Of a DNA stretch of 8,668 nucleotides, positions 1 through 8,525 are shown piece by piece. This DNA comes from a virus (Duplodnaviria > Heunggongvirae > Uroviricota > Caudoviricetes), in the IMG/VR virus record IMGVR_UViG_2740892423_000019. One strand, 5' to 3'. The notes under the pieces are model-generated. The model was not told the origin of the DNA. It worked only from the letters and a program-made list of their open reading frames with translations, and searched no databases. Numbering within the stretch: position 1 is the first letter of the stretch; each line of letters starts with the position of its first letter. Position numbers and translations under genes: made by a program.

Positions 1-1592
<1,592 letters not shown>

Positions 1593-1610
1593 ATTTTATA
1601 ACCCAGAACG

Positions 1611-1637
1611 GGCGTCAGAAATGACGCCTTTTTTATT
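1611..1637 (+). terminator. Rho-independent terminator candidate between J and lom
   Basis: A perfect 7-bp stem, ggcgtca (1611-1617) pairing with tgacgcc (1622-1628), has a gaaa loop and is followed by ttttttatt (1629-1637), 19 nt after the J stop codon. Confidence 0.6.
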
Positions 1638-1658
1638 GCAGAAAAGCGAGAGGTAATT

Positions 1659-2258
1659 ATGCGTAAACTTTATGCCGCCATTTTGTCCGCAGCCATCTGT
1701 CTGGCCGTATCCGGTGCGCCTGCATGGGCGTCTGAACATCAGTCCACGCTGAGCGCGGGCTATCTTCATGCCTCGACGAACGTTCCCGGCAGCGATGATC
1801 TTAACGGGATTAACGTGAAATACCGTTATGAGTTTACGGACACACTGGGGCTGGTGACGTCATTCAGCTATGCAGGAGACAAGAATCGCCAGCTGACCCG
1901 TTACAGCGATACCCGCTGGCATGAAGACTCCGTTCGTAACCGCTGGTTCAGCGTGATGGCGGGGCCGTCTGTACGCGTGAATGAATGGTTCAGCGCGTAT
2001 GCGATGGCGGGTGTGGCTTACAGCCGTGTGTCGACTTTCTCCGGGGATTATCTCCGCGTAACTGACAACAAGGGGAAAACGCACGATGTGCTGACCGGAA
2101 GTGATGACGCTCGCCACAGTAACACGTCTCTGGCGTGGGGAGCTGGCGTGCAGTTTAACCCGACCGAATCGGTGGCCATTGATATTGCTTATGAAGGCTC
2201 CGGCAGTGGTGACTGGCGCACTGACGGTTTCATCATGGGTGTCGGTTATAAATTCTGA
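1659..2258 (+). CDS. lom: Lom outer-membrane protein (Ail/Lom/PagC/OmpX family), lysogenic-conversion gene
   Basis: The 199-aa ORF has a Shine-Dalgarno-like gagagg 7 nt upstream of the ATG and an N-terminal signal peptide (MRKLYAAILSAAICLAVSGAPAWA). The C-terminal motifs INVKYRYE, SVMAGP, AYAMAGVA and IAYEGSGSGDWRTDGFIMGVGYKF match lambda Lom as I recall it. Its position directly after J matches lambda. Confidence 0.92.
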   Translation: MRKLYAAILSAAICLAVSGAPAWASEHQSTLSAGYLHASTNVPGSDDLNGINVKYRYEFTDTLGLVTSFSYAGDKNRQLTRYSDTRWHEDSVRNRWFSVMAGPSVRVNEWFSAYAMAGVAYSRVSTFSGDYLRVTDNKGKTHDVLTGSDDARHSNTSLAWGAGVQFNPTESVAIDIAYEGSGSGDWRTDGFIMGVGYKF

Positions 2259-2284
2259 TTAGCCAGGTAACACAGTGTTATGAC

Positions 2285-2311
2285 AGCCCGCCGGTTCAGG
2301 CGGGCTTTTTT
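2285..2311 (+). terminator. Rho-independent terminator candidate after lom
   Basis: An 8-bp GC-rich stem, agcccgcc (2285-2292) pairing with ggcgggct (2299-2306), has a ggttca loop and is followed by a T-run (2306-2311), 27 nt after the lom stop codon. Confidence 0.65.
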
Positions 2312-2322
2312 GTGGGGTGAAT

Positions 2323-5300
2323 ATGGCAGTAAAGATTTCAGGTGTACTGAAAGACGGTGCAGGTAAACCGGTACAGAACTGCACAATCCAGCTGAAAGCA
2401 AAACGTAACAGCACCACGGTGGTGGTGAACACGGTGGCATCTGAAAATCCGGATGAAGCCGGGCGTTACAGCATGGATGTTGAGTACGGTCAGTACAGCG
2501 TTATTCTGTTGGTGGAAGGCTTCCCGCCATCGCATGCCGGGACCATCACCGTGTATGAAGACTCACAACCGGGTACGCTGAATGATTTTCTCGGTGCCAT
2601 GACGGAGGATGATGCCCGTCCGGAGGCACTGCGCCGCTTTGAACTGATGGTGGAAGAGGTGGCGCGTAACGCGTCCGCAGTGGCACAGAACACGGCAGCC
2701 GCGAAGAAGTCAGCCAGCGATGCCAGCACATCAGCCCGTGAGGCGGCAACCCATGCGACTGATGCTACAGGCTCAGCACGTGCAGCCAGCACATCAGCCG
2801 GGCAGGCCGCGACGTCGGCTCAGTCAGCGTCTTCCAGCGCAGGAACGGCATCAACAAAGGCTACTGAAGCATCAAAAAGTGCTGCCGCTGCAGAGTCCTC
2901 AAAAAGCGCGGCAGCCACCAGTGCCGGTGCGGCGAAAACGTCAGAAACGAATGCCGCAGCATCACAACAATCAGCAGCCACTTCTGCATCCACCGCGACC
3001 ACGAAAGCGTCAGAAGCTGCCACCTCAGCCCGGGATGCGGCGGCCTCAAAAGAGGCAGCGAAATCATCAGAAACGAACGCATCATCAAGTGCCAGTAGTG
3101 CAGCTTCCTCGGCAACGGCGGCAGGAAATTCCGCGAAGGCCGCAAAAACGTCTGAGACGAATGCGGATAACAGCGCACAGGCGGCAGCAGACTCACAAAC
3201 TGCATCGGCAAACTCCGCGACAGCAGCCAAAAAATCAGAAACCAACGCGAAAAATAGCGAGGCAGCAGCAAAGAGCAGCGAAACCAACGCTAAAGCCAGC
3301 GAAACTAATGCTAAATCCAGTGAAACAAACGCGGCGAAATCTGCGGCGGACGCACTTAATTATCGCAACCAGGCGCAAGTAATTGTTGGCGATAATATCG
3401 GTCTTGGTGAAGTTGCCATGACCTGCACTGATATCTCTGTTGAGCCATCAGGTTATATTGGATTTGTCAGGATTTACATCTCAGCGAAAGGTTATCCATC
3501 AGTAGCGTCTAGTGCCGGTGATAATCTTATTTCTGGTTATATAGTTAGATCAGAAGTGTCAACAAAAAGATATTCCGGTCTATTTGTTGGTTCAGATACA
3601 AAATCATTGTATTCGTACATTTACAGCCAAAGTTCTGGCCCGCAATGGATACGTCATACCCGCAGAGATGAATTAAGCCGCTTTGGTCAAAATGAATCAA
3701 CAACTCGTATGTATGGTCCAACTGGTGATCGTTTCTTTGAAATCCATACTAACGGGAGTTGGGGAGTTTATGATTCTTCTTCTGGACAATGGTCTCCGTT
3801 AGGTTTAGCCCAGGGCGGTACTGGTGGAAGAACTATCGAGCAAGCACGTGCGAACTTGCGGGTAATGTATGAGCAAAAAGCTGGCCTTGCTAATACTGAC
3901 CTAAACACCCTTACCGGTGAATATTCTGGTTTCTATCAACAACCAACGAGCGCTTACGCAACAGAAGAATTAAATTACCCAATCGGTCTGGCGGGCGCTT
4001 TAATAGTGCTCCAAACGAGAGCCAACACTGCTTCTTCCTGCGTTCAGGTGTACTACCCTTATAATAATCCGGGAATTACTTATAGACGAATATATGAAGG
4101 AGGAAGCGGTACCTGGTCTGAATGGAAGAGAGATGTATCAACAGAAAGGGTTGAAGAGGGAAAAGAAACAACTTACGTATATTCTACGTATTCTTCAGGC
4201 GCACCACGCTTACAGGTTTCCAAATCTGGTTTGTGGGGTTGTCATAATGGCACTGGCTGGTTGCCATTAGCTGTTGGGCAAGGAGGTACAGGTGCGACAA
4301 CAGTAGAAGATGCGCGAAACAACTTAAGTCTTGGCGAAAGTAGCGCAGTTAAATTTAAAAACCTTACTTTAACCGAAGCGCTCGACACGACATTAGGACT
4401 GCTTACAAAAACAGGACGAGACTGGAACACGCAGCATACTGATAACATTAATAAATTTATACCAATTGCAGGCAGTACAAACGGCCCGGCAGGTTCTATG
4501 GTTCTTGGCGGCATTCATGTTCAATTTAGTAAAAATTATGCTGTGCAGTTCGGAGGCCGCAATTCCGGTTTTTGGGGAAGAACAATTGAAAATGGAACGA
4601 CGCAGGAATGGAAGAAATTACTAACAGTAGACGATCTCAATTCATCTACCGATCTTGCTGTCAGGTCATTAACCACATCTAACCCGGTAAAATCTGGCGG
4701 AGGGCGAATTGATGTCCTTGGAAGCACGTCAGACTATAGCAAAATGGATTGCTTTGTACGTGGGTTTGATAGCACCGGTAATTCTCTCGCGTGGGCGTTG
4801 GGTTCATCAGTCGGCGTAAGTAAGATGCTGTCGCTAAAAAATTTCTTTAGCGGAGCTGAGATACTGTTAAATGGTAATGACGGCGCGGTTCAACTCAAAA
4901 CAGGTGCTGTTAACGGGGCTAAAGCACAGGCGCTCACTATCAACAAGGATGAGGTTAACTCAACTGTTGATTTAACTCTTACAAAACAAACAGGGACTGG
5001 AAATCGTTTTGTTTTACAGAACTTAGGTAATACAGAACTATCATTTGCCGCAAAAGTATGGGGATCAAGTGATCGACAAAACGTTTTTGAGGTTGGAACG
5101 TCTGCTGCGTATCTGTTTTATGCGCAAAAAACATCAGCAGGCCAGTTGTTTGATGTAAATGGCGCTATTAATTGCACAACGCTGAATCAGTCATCAGACC
5201 GCGACCTTAAAGACGATATTCGCGTTATCAGCGACGCTACGAAAGCAATCCGTAAAATGAACGGGTACACCTACACGCTCAAGGAAAACGGAATGCCTTA

Positions 5301-5628
5301 TGCTGGCGTTATTGCACAGGAAGTAATGGAGGCGATACCTGAAGCTGTGGGATCGTTTACTCATTATGGTGAAGAGTTGCAAGGTCCGACCGTTGACGGC
5401 AACGAGCTACGCGAAGAAACTCGCTATCTTAATGTTGACTACTCCGCCGTGACGGGGTTACTTGTTCAGGTCGCCCGTGAAACAGATGATCGCGTTACCG
5501 CGCTGGAAGAGGAAAATACAACGTTACGTGAAAATCTGGCAACAGCAGGCACCCGGATCACCACTCTGGAAAATCAGGTAAGCGAACTGGTTGCACTTGT
5601 CGGGCAGTTAACAGGAAGCGAACATTGA
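2323..5628 (+). CDS. stf: Side tail fibre protein, mosaic: lambda Stf-like N-terminus, Ala/Ser/Thr-rich shaft, divergent distal region, C-terminal self-cleaving chaperone domain
   Basis: Translation from ATG 2323 begins MAVKISGVLKDGAGKPVQNCTIQLKAKRNSTTVVVNT, which matches the lambda Stf N-terminus as recalled. The ORF track starts at the in-frame GTG 2317, which I regard as an artefact. A GGGG Shine-Dalgarno-like run sits at 2314-2317. The protein has a long low-complexity Ala/Ser/Thr shaft with repeated K(T/S)SETNA units, and two GGTG-x-ARxNL motifs (LGLAQGGTGGRTIEQARANLRV and LPLAVGQGGTGATTVEDARNNLSLG) typical of the phage tail fibre repeat. The gene ends at TGA 5626-5628. Confidence 0.88.
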   Translation: MAVKISGVLKDGAGKPVQNCTIQLKAKRNSTTVVVNTVASENPDEAGRYSMDVEYGQYSVILLVEGFPPSHAGTITVYEDSQPGTLNDFLGAMTEDDARPEALRRFELMVEEVARNASAVAQNTAAAKKSASDASTSAREAATHATDATGSARAASTSAGQAATSAQSASSSAGTASTKATEASKSAAAAESSKSAAATSAGAAKTSETNAAASQQSAATSASTATTKASEAATSARDAAASKEAAKSSETNASSSASSAASSATAAGNSAKAAKTSETNADNSAQAAADSQTASANSATAAKKSETNAKNSEAAAKSSETNAKASETNAKSSETNAAKSAADALNYRNQAQVIVGDNIGLGEVAMTCTDISVEPSGYIGFVRIYISAKGYPSVASSAGDNLISGYIVRSEVSTKRYSGLFVGSDTKSLYSYIYSQSSGPQWIRHTRRDELSRFGQNESTTRMYGPTGDRFFEIHTNGSWGVYDSSSGQWSPLGLAQGGTGGRTIEQARANLRVMYEQKAGLANTDLNTLTGEYSGFYQQPTSAYATEELNYPIGLAGALIVLQTRANTASSCVQVYYPYNNPGITYRRIYEGGSGTWSEWKRDVSTERVEEGKETTYVYSTYSSGAPRLQVSKSGLWGCHNGTGWLPLAVGQGGTGATTVEDARNNLSLGESSAVKFKNLTLTEALDTTLGLLTKTGRDWNTQHTDNINKFIPIAGSTNGPAGSMVLGGIHVQFSKNYAVQFGGRNSGFWGRTIENGTTQEWKKLLTVDDLNSSTDLAVRSLTTSNPVKSGGGRIDVLGSTSDYSKMDCFVRGFDSTGNSLAWALGSSVGVSKMLSLKNFFSGAEILLNGNDGAVQLKTGAVNGAKAQALTINKDEVNSTVDLTLTKQTGTGNRFVLQNLGNTELSFAAKVWGSSDRQNVFEVGTSAAYLFYAQKTSAGQLFDVNGAINCTTLNQSSDRDLKDDIRVISDATKAIRKMNGYTYTLKENGMPYAGVIAQEVMEAIPEAVGSFTHYGEELQGPTVDGNELREETRYLNVDYSAVTGLLVQVARETDDRVTALEEENTTLRENLATAGTRITTLENQVSELVALVGQLTGSEH
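5194..5625 (+). other. C-terminal self-cleaving chaperone domain of Stf (Peptidase S74 / endosialidase-chaperone-like)
   Basis: The motif SSDRDLKDDIRVI has the Ser-Asp-x-x-x-Lys signature of autoproteolytic tail-fibre chaperone domains (phage K1F endosialidase, T5 L-shaped fibre). It is followed by IRKMNGYTYTLKENG and a heptad-like tail, TALEEENTTLRENLATAGTRITTLENQVSELVALVGQL. Predicted cleavage is after the Ser encoded at 5194-5196. The assignment is by motif recall and was not searched. Confidence 0.65.
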
Positions 5629-5679
5629 TATCCTTCAAGCCCTGAAGGAGGCTGTTCCTGGTACGTTCAGACTGTTGTT

Positions 5680-5811
5680 GAGCTGGAAATCGCAACGGAG
5701 GAAGAAACCTTGTTGCTGGAAGTCTGGAAGAAGTATCGGGTGTTGCTGAACCGTGTTGATACATCAACTGCACCTGATATTGAGTGGCCTACGAACCCTG
5801 TCAGGGAGTAA
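5680..5811 (+). pseudogene. tfa: 3' remnant of tail fibre assembly gene tfa (last ~43 codons, no start codon)
   Basis: The segment translates to [43 protein letters not shown], which closely matches the lambda Tfa C-terminus (recalled as ...[37 protein letters not shown]...). It lies in the same frame as stf, directly after the stf TGA, with no ATG, GTG or TTG start and no N-terminal Tfa sequence. Confidence 0.7.
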
Positions 5812-5825
5812 TCATTGGGATTATG

Positions 5826-5858
5826 CCGCAGCACGTCTTAAGCAAGAGCGAGCTGCGG
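5826..5858. repeat. 33-nt palindromic element, copy A (hairpin between the convergent tfa remnant and methyltransferase 3' ends)
   Basis: The sequence is ccgcagcacgtcttaagcaagagcgagctgcgg. An imperfect stem (ccgcagc...gctgcgg) lies 8 nt downstream of the - strand methyltransferase stop codon (5866-5868). It is 33/37 identical, including the flanking ttgg, to copy B at 8526-8558. Confidence 0.5.
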
Positions 5859-5865
5859 TTGGATG

Positions 5866-6534
5866 CTATTTTTTCCCTGAAGCGGAAAACATTACTACAG
5901 TACCTTGAACCTTGGTTTTAACATTCTCGAAATGCTCTGAGAGTATATGTGTTAAGCCTTCTTCGGAATCTTTTGTGTTTGAAAAGATGCCTTTCTGATT
6001 GTAAATGCGCATCAGTTTTTGACCGAAGCTATTGTGCACAACTCCATCGCCAAGAATTGTGGCTCCGTATAGAGTTCCATCGTCAGTTAAGGCCTGCGCC
6101 GCATTGCGTATTACACAGCTTTTTGTAGATATATTTCCAGGCAGGCAGTGAAGAAGGTAAAACATGGAAATGGAATCAAATTGACCATGTAACGCCGCGG
6201 GATAAGGTTCAAAAACATCATGGCTAATTTTATGTTTAATTTTTGATTCCCCAGCCCTTGTAGATGCCGCGTTCAGGCTAGCTTCGTTCAAATCCATTAA
6301 AGATATCAGACTACTCTCAGGTACGTGAGTAAGGTAAAACCCAGTTCCAACACCAATATCCAGATGGTTGTTACCTAAATGTTCCAGAAAGTGTGGAAGA
6401 AGGTGTTCCTTTGTAGGACATCCCCATGCAAGCCGATTTGATACTCCCAAAACCCACCAGTCATAAAGCTTTAGGGTAAGTGGTGTGTAAATTTTAGCCC
6501 CATCATCTGTGTTTTTTTTCATTAATTTCACCAT
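5866..6534 (-). CDS. Class I (Rossmann-fold) SAM-dependent methyltransferase, substrate unknown
   Basis: The 222-aa ORF carries a canonical motif I, HLDIGVGTGFY (hh-D/E-h-G-x-G-x-G), and a downstream acidic motif-II-like LISLMDLNE. GC is around 40%, lower than the phage structural genes. The start is uncertain: ATG at 6534 (MVKLMKK) or ATG at 6522 (MKKNTDD, weak ggtga Shine-Dalgarno-like sequence 6 nt upstream). Confidence 0.72.
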   Translation of the reverse strand: MVKLMKKNTDDGAKIYTPLTLKLYDWWVLGVSNRLAWGCPTKEHLLPHFLEHLGNNHLDIGVGTGFYLTHVPESSLISLMDLNEASLNAASTRAGESKIKHKISHDVFEPYPAALHGQFDSISMFYLLHCLPGNISTKSCVIRNAAQALTDDGTLYGATILGDGVVHNSFGQKLMRIYNQKGIFSNTKDSEEGLTHILSEHFENVKTKVQGTVVMFSASGKK

Positions 6535-6590
6535 GTTATAGTTTTGTTTGTGAATTAAATCAATTATGGTGATGAATTACAAGGGGTTAA

Positions 6591-6860
6591 ATGCTGCCGC
6601 AGCATAGCGATATTGAAATAGCCTGGTATGCTTCGATACAGCAGGAGCCGAATGGCTGGAAGACCGTCACCACATAGTTCTACATCCAGGAATTCAGTGA
6701 GCATATTGCGCCACTTCAGGATGCTGTAGATCTGGAGATCGCAACGGAGGAAGAAAACTCGTTGCTGGAAGCCTGGAAGAAGTATCGGGTGTTGCTGAAC
6801 CGTGTTAATACAACAACTGCACCGGATATTGAATGGCCAACAGGACCCATTATCGAATAG
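6591..6860 (+). pseudogene. Small ORF with a Tfa C-terminal-like domain, interrupted by an in-frame amber codon (TAG 6675-6677)
   Basis: ATG 6591 is preceded by aagggg (Shine-Dalgarno-like). It encodes MLPQHSDIEIAWYASIQQEPNGWKTVTT, then TAG, then in the same frame [60 protein letters not shown]. The second part matches the lambda Tfa C-terminus ([20 protein letters not shown]...[22 protein letters not shown]). No start codon exists after the amber codon. It resembles the small Tfa-C-like proteins of E. coli cryptic prophages (ynaE/ydfK family), from memory and unverified. Confidence 0.5.
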
Positions 6861-6871
6861 TGCATTACGAA

Positions 6872-6904
6872 CTGCAGGATATTATATGGGATAATATTCT
6901 GCAG
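6872..6904. terminator. AT-rich inverted repeat between convergent genes (possible bidirectional terminator)
   Basis: Arms of 14 nt, ctgcaggatattat and ataatattctgcag, carry one mismatch and flank a 5-nt spacer (atggg). The + strand continues with tttatt. The repeat sits between the small ORF stop (6860) and the cyclase stop (6934). Confidence 0.3.
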
Positions 6905-6933
6905 TTTATTGGGGCTGTATTTTAAAAAGGTGT

Positions 6934-8265
6934 TTATTTTGAGTGAGTTATCACCTTGTTTTTTCCGGTTCTTTTGGCTTGATATAACGCTTTATCGGCA
7001 TTGACTAACATTTCAGATGGACTGAGATTATTCTCTTTTGAAGTAAAGCAACCAATACTGACAGTTATTTTCTCAGGTCCATGCGATAATAATTTTTCCG
7101 AGCATTGCTCTTCAATGTTTTTTCTGATTCGCTCTGCAATTGATAGCAAGAGCTTTTGAGTATTACCTTTAATGATAATACCGAACTCCTCACCGCCTAA
7201 GCGCCCTAATATATCCTCTTTCCTGATGGATTTTTTTATTATTCTGGTAACCATTACTATGACTTGATCACCCATATGATGCCCCCATTTGTCATTGATG
7301 CTTTTGAAATTGTCAATATCTAACATTATTACTGAGAAATCATGGTGTTTTGATATATTCTTCAATGAGTCAATAAAGTATCTTCTATTGTATGTATTCG
7401 TTAGTGGATCATGAATTGCCATATGATTAGCATGATTTAATTTCCTGAAAACATAATACATGAGTGTTGAAATGATATAAATCATTGATATCAATTCAAG
7501 AAATTTTGTCATGTACCATGCAGGATGGGATTTATCAATAAAATACAATAAAATTAGATTATTGCATACTGACACTATACTAATAAGTATTATACACAAC
7601 CATATTTTTGAGTAATTACGTATGCTGATGCATGAGCTGATAAGTAATACAAGCCAAAATACTGATATTATTTTGGTGTACACGATATTCCACGTCGACA
7701 AATGACGATTCAGCGAGTATTGTATAATATTAAGACTATATTTTATATTGTCACTGCTTAGATTTTTTGCTACAAACGGAGTAATAAAAAGAATTAATAT
7801 TGACAAAACAACAATTATTATGTTTCTTTTATCTTCTAAAACACTTTTATTTTTAACATTGGTGGAATAAACAGCCAGAAAGATTATAGATATAAAGCTG
7901 AACTGACGGAATAGATAATATATTGCGATATCATTTGATTTCTGATAGATTGTAGATAAATCGTTACCTAACGGAGATAAAGAAATAATAGCCACTTCTA
8001 ATAAATAATACGTGTTGCTCAAAAACGCGAATGAAAGAATTAAGAGATAACTTTGTCTCTGATTAGAAACATAGTAAAGCAATAGAAAAATAAAAATCAT
8101 CAGGTTTATGAAAAAAAGCCCAATAATGAAAACACTATAACTTATTTGTGTTGTTTGTGTTATGTATATTCCATTATTTTCATGCAGTAACAAAAATATA
8201 ATAGAGATGCATGAAAATAAAAAGATGAAGATTTTTATTTTTATAGGTACCTGCTTGATAATCAT
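6934..8265 (-). CDS. Membrane-anchored diguanylate cyclase: N-terminal polytopic membrane domain (MASE-like) plus C-terminal GGDEF domain with GGEEF active site and RxxD I-site
   Basis: The 443-aa ORF has ATG at 8265-8263 with aggtg 5 nt upstream on the - strand. The first ~270 residues are highly hydrophobic, with about 8 predicted transmembrane segments rich in I, L and F. The GGDEF domain motifs are all present: HDPLTNTYNRRYF, MLDIDNFKSINDKWGHHMGDQV, the I-site RKED (7213-7224), and RLGGEEFG with GGEEF at 7183-7197. GC is about 25-30% by hand count on sampled 60-nt lines. The architecture resembles E. coli YcdT/DgcT-type cyclases and possibly the prophage-associated DgcX reported in some pathogenic E. 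coli; both comparisons are from memory. Confidence 0.9.
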   Translation of the reverse strand: MIIKQVPIKIKIFIFLFSCISIIFLLLHENNGIYITQTTQISYSVFIIGLFFINLMIFIFLLLYYVSNQRQSYLLILSFAFLSNTYYLLEVAIISLSPLGNDLSTIYQKSNDIAIYYLFRQFSFISIIFLAVYSTNVKNKSVLEDKRNIIIVVLSILILFITPFVAKNLSSDNIKYSLNIIQYSLNRHLSTWNIVYTKIISVFWLVLLISSCISIRNYSKIWLCIILISIVSVCNNLILLYFIDKSHPAWYMTKFLELISMIYIISTLMYYVFRKLNHANHMAIHDPLTNTYNRRYFIDSLKNISKHHDFSVIMLDIDNFKSINDKWGHHMGDQVIVMVTRIIKKSIRKEDILGRLGGEEFGIIIKGNTQKLLLSIAERIRKNIEEQCSEKLLSHGPEKITVSIGCFTSKENNLSPSEMLVNADKALYQAKRTGKNKVITHSK

Positions 8266-8337
8266 GTACGCACCTGAGAATGATATATATATAATATGTA
8301 TCGCTACAAATAACGATAATTTCTTACTGGTGATAGT

Positions 8338-8366
8338 ATACTATTATTCTGGTTAATCGCTGTCAA
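8338..8366 (-). promoter_or_regulatory. Candidate sigma70 promoter for the diguanylate cyclase
   Basis: On the - strand there is a perfect -35 TTGACA (plus-strand tgtcaa, 8361-8366), a 17-nt spacer, and a -10-like TAGTAT (plus-strand atacta, 8338-8343), about 70 nt upstream of the ATG. This is a hand prediction in an AT-rich region where chance matches are common. Confidence 0.25.
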
Positions 8367-8525
8367 ATTGATGATTTTGGTTAGTATTGCAATAGCGAAG
8401 AGTTTGATCCGGTAAGACTGGCTAGGCAAGGCTATACCAAAAAATCAGTGTAGGTTCAGAAAACGATGCACCATACAATCATCAATAATTTCAAATTGTC
8501 CATTGTGCATAAATCATAAAGAAAA

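Noticed and set aside
2720-3382. A 220-aa Arg/Gln/Pro-rich + strand ORF, and - strand ORFs at 2820-3287 and 2861-3271, all overlapping the stf shaft
   Set aside because: These are alternate-frame artefacts of the GC-rich, repetitive Ala/Ser/Thr codon region. They have no start context and an implausible composition, and they are fully embedded in the well-supported stf frame.
5866-8265. Whether the cyclase and methyltransferase form a CBASS-like or other cyclic-nucleotide anti-phage defence system
   Set aside because: GGDEF enzymes are not the nucleotidyltransferases used by known CBASS systems, and no effector (phospholipase, nuclease, pore-forming or STING-like domain) or other partner gene is present in the window. 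Housekeeping-type c-di-GMP signalling cargo is the more economical reading.
8162-8356. A 64-aa + strand ORF overlapping the 5' end and promoter region of the diguanylate cyclase
   Set aside because: It is an AT-rich, low-complexity translation (MYIPLFSCSNKNII...) that overlaps the better-supported - strand gene start. It is probably spurious.
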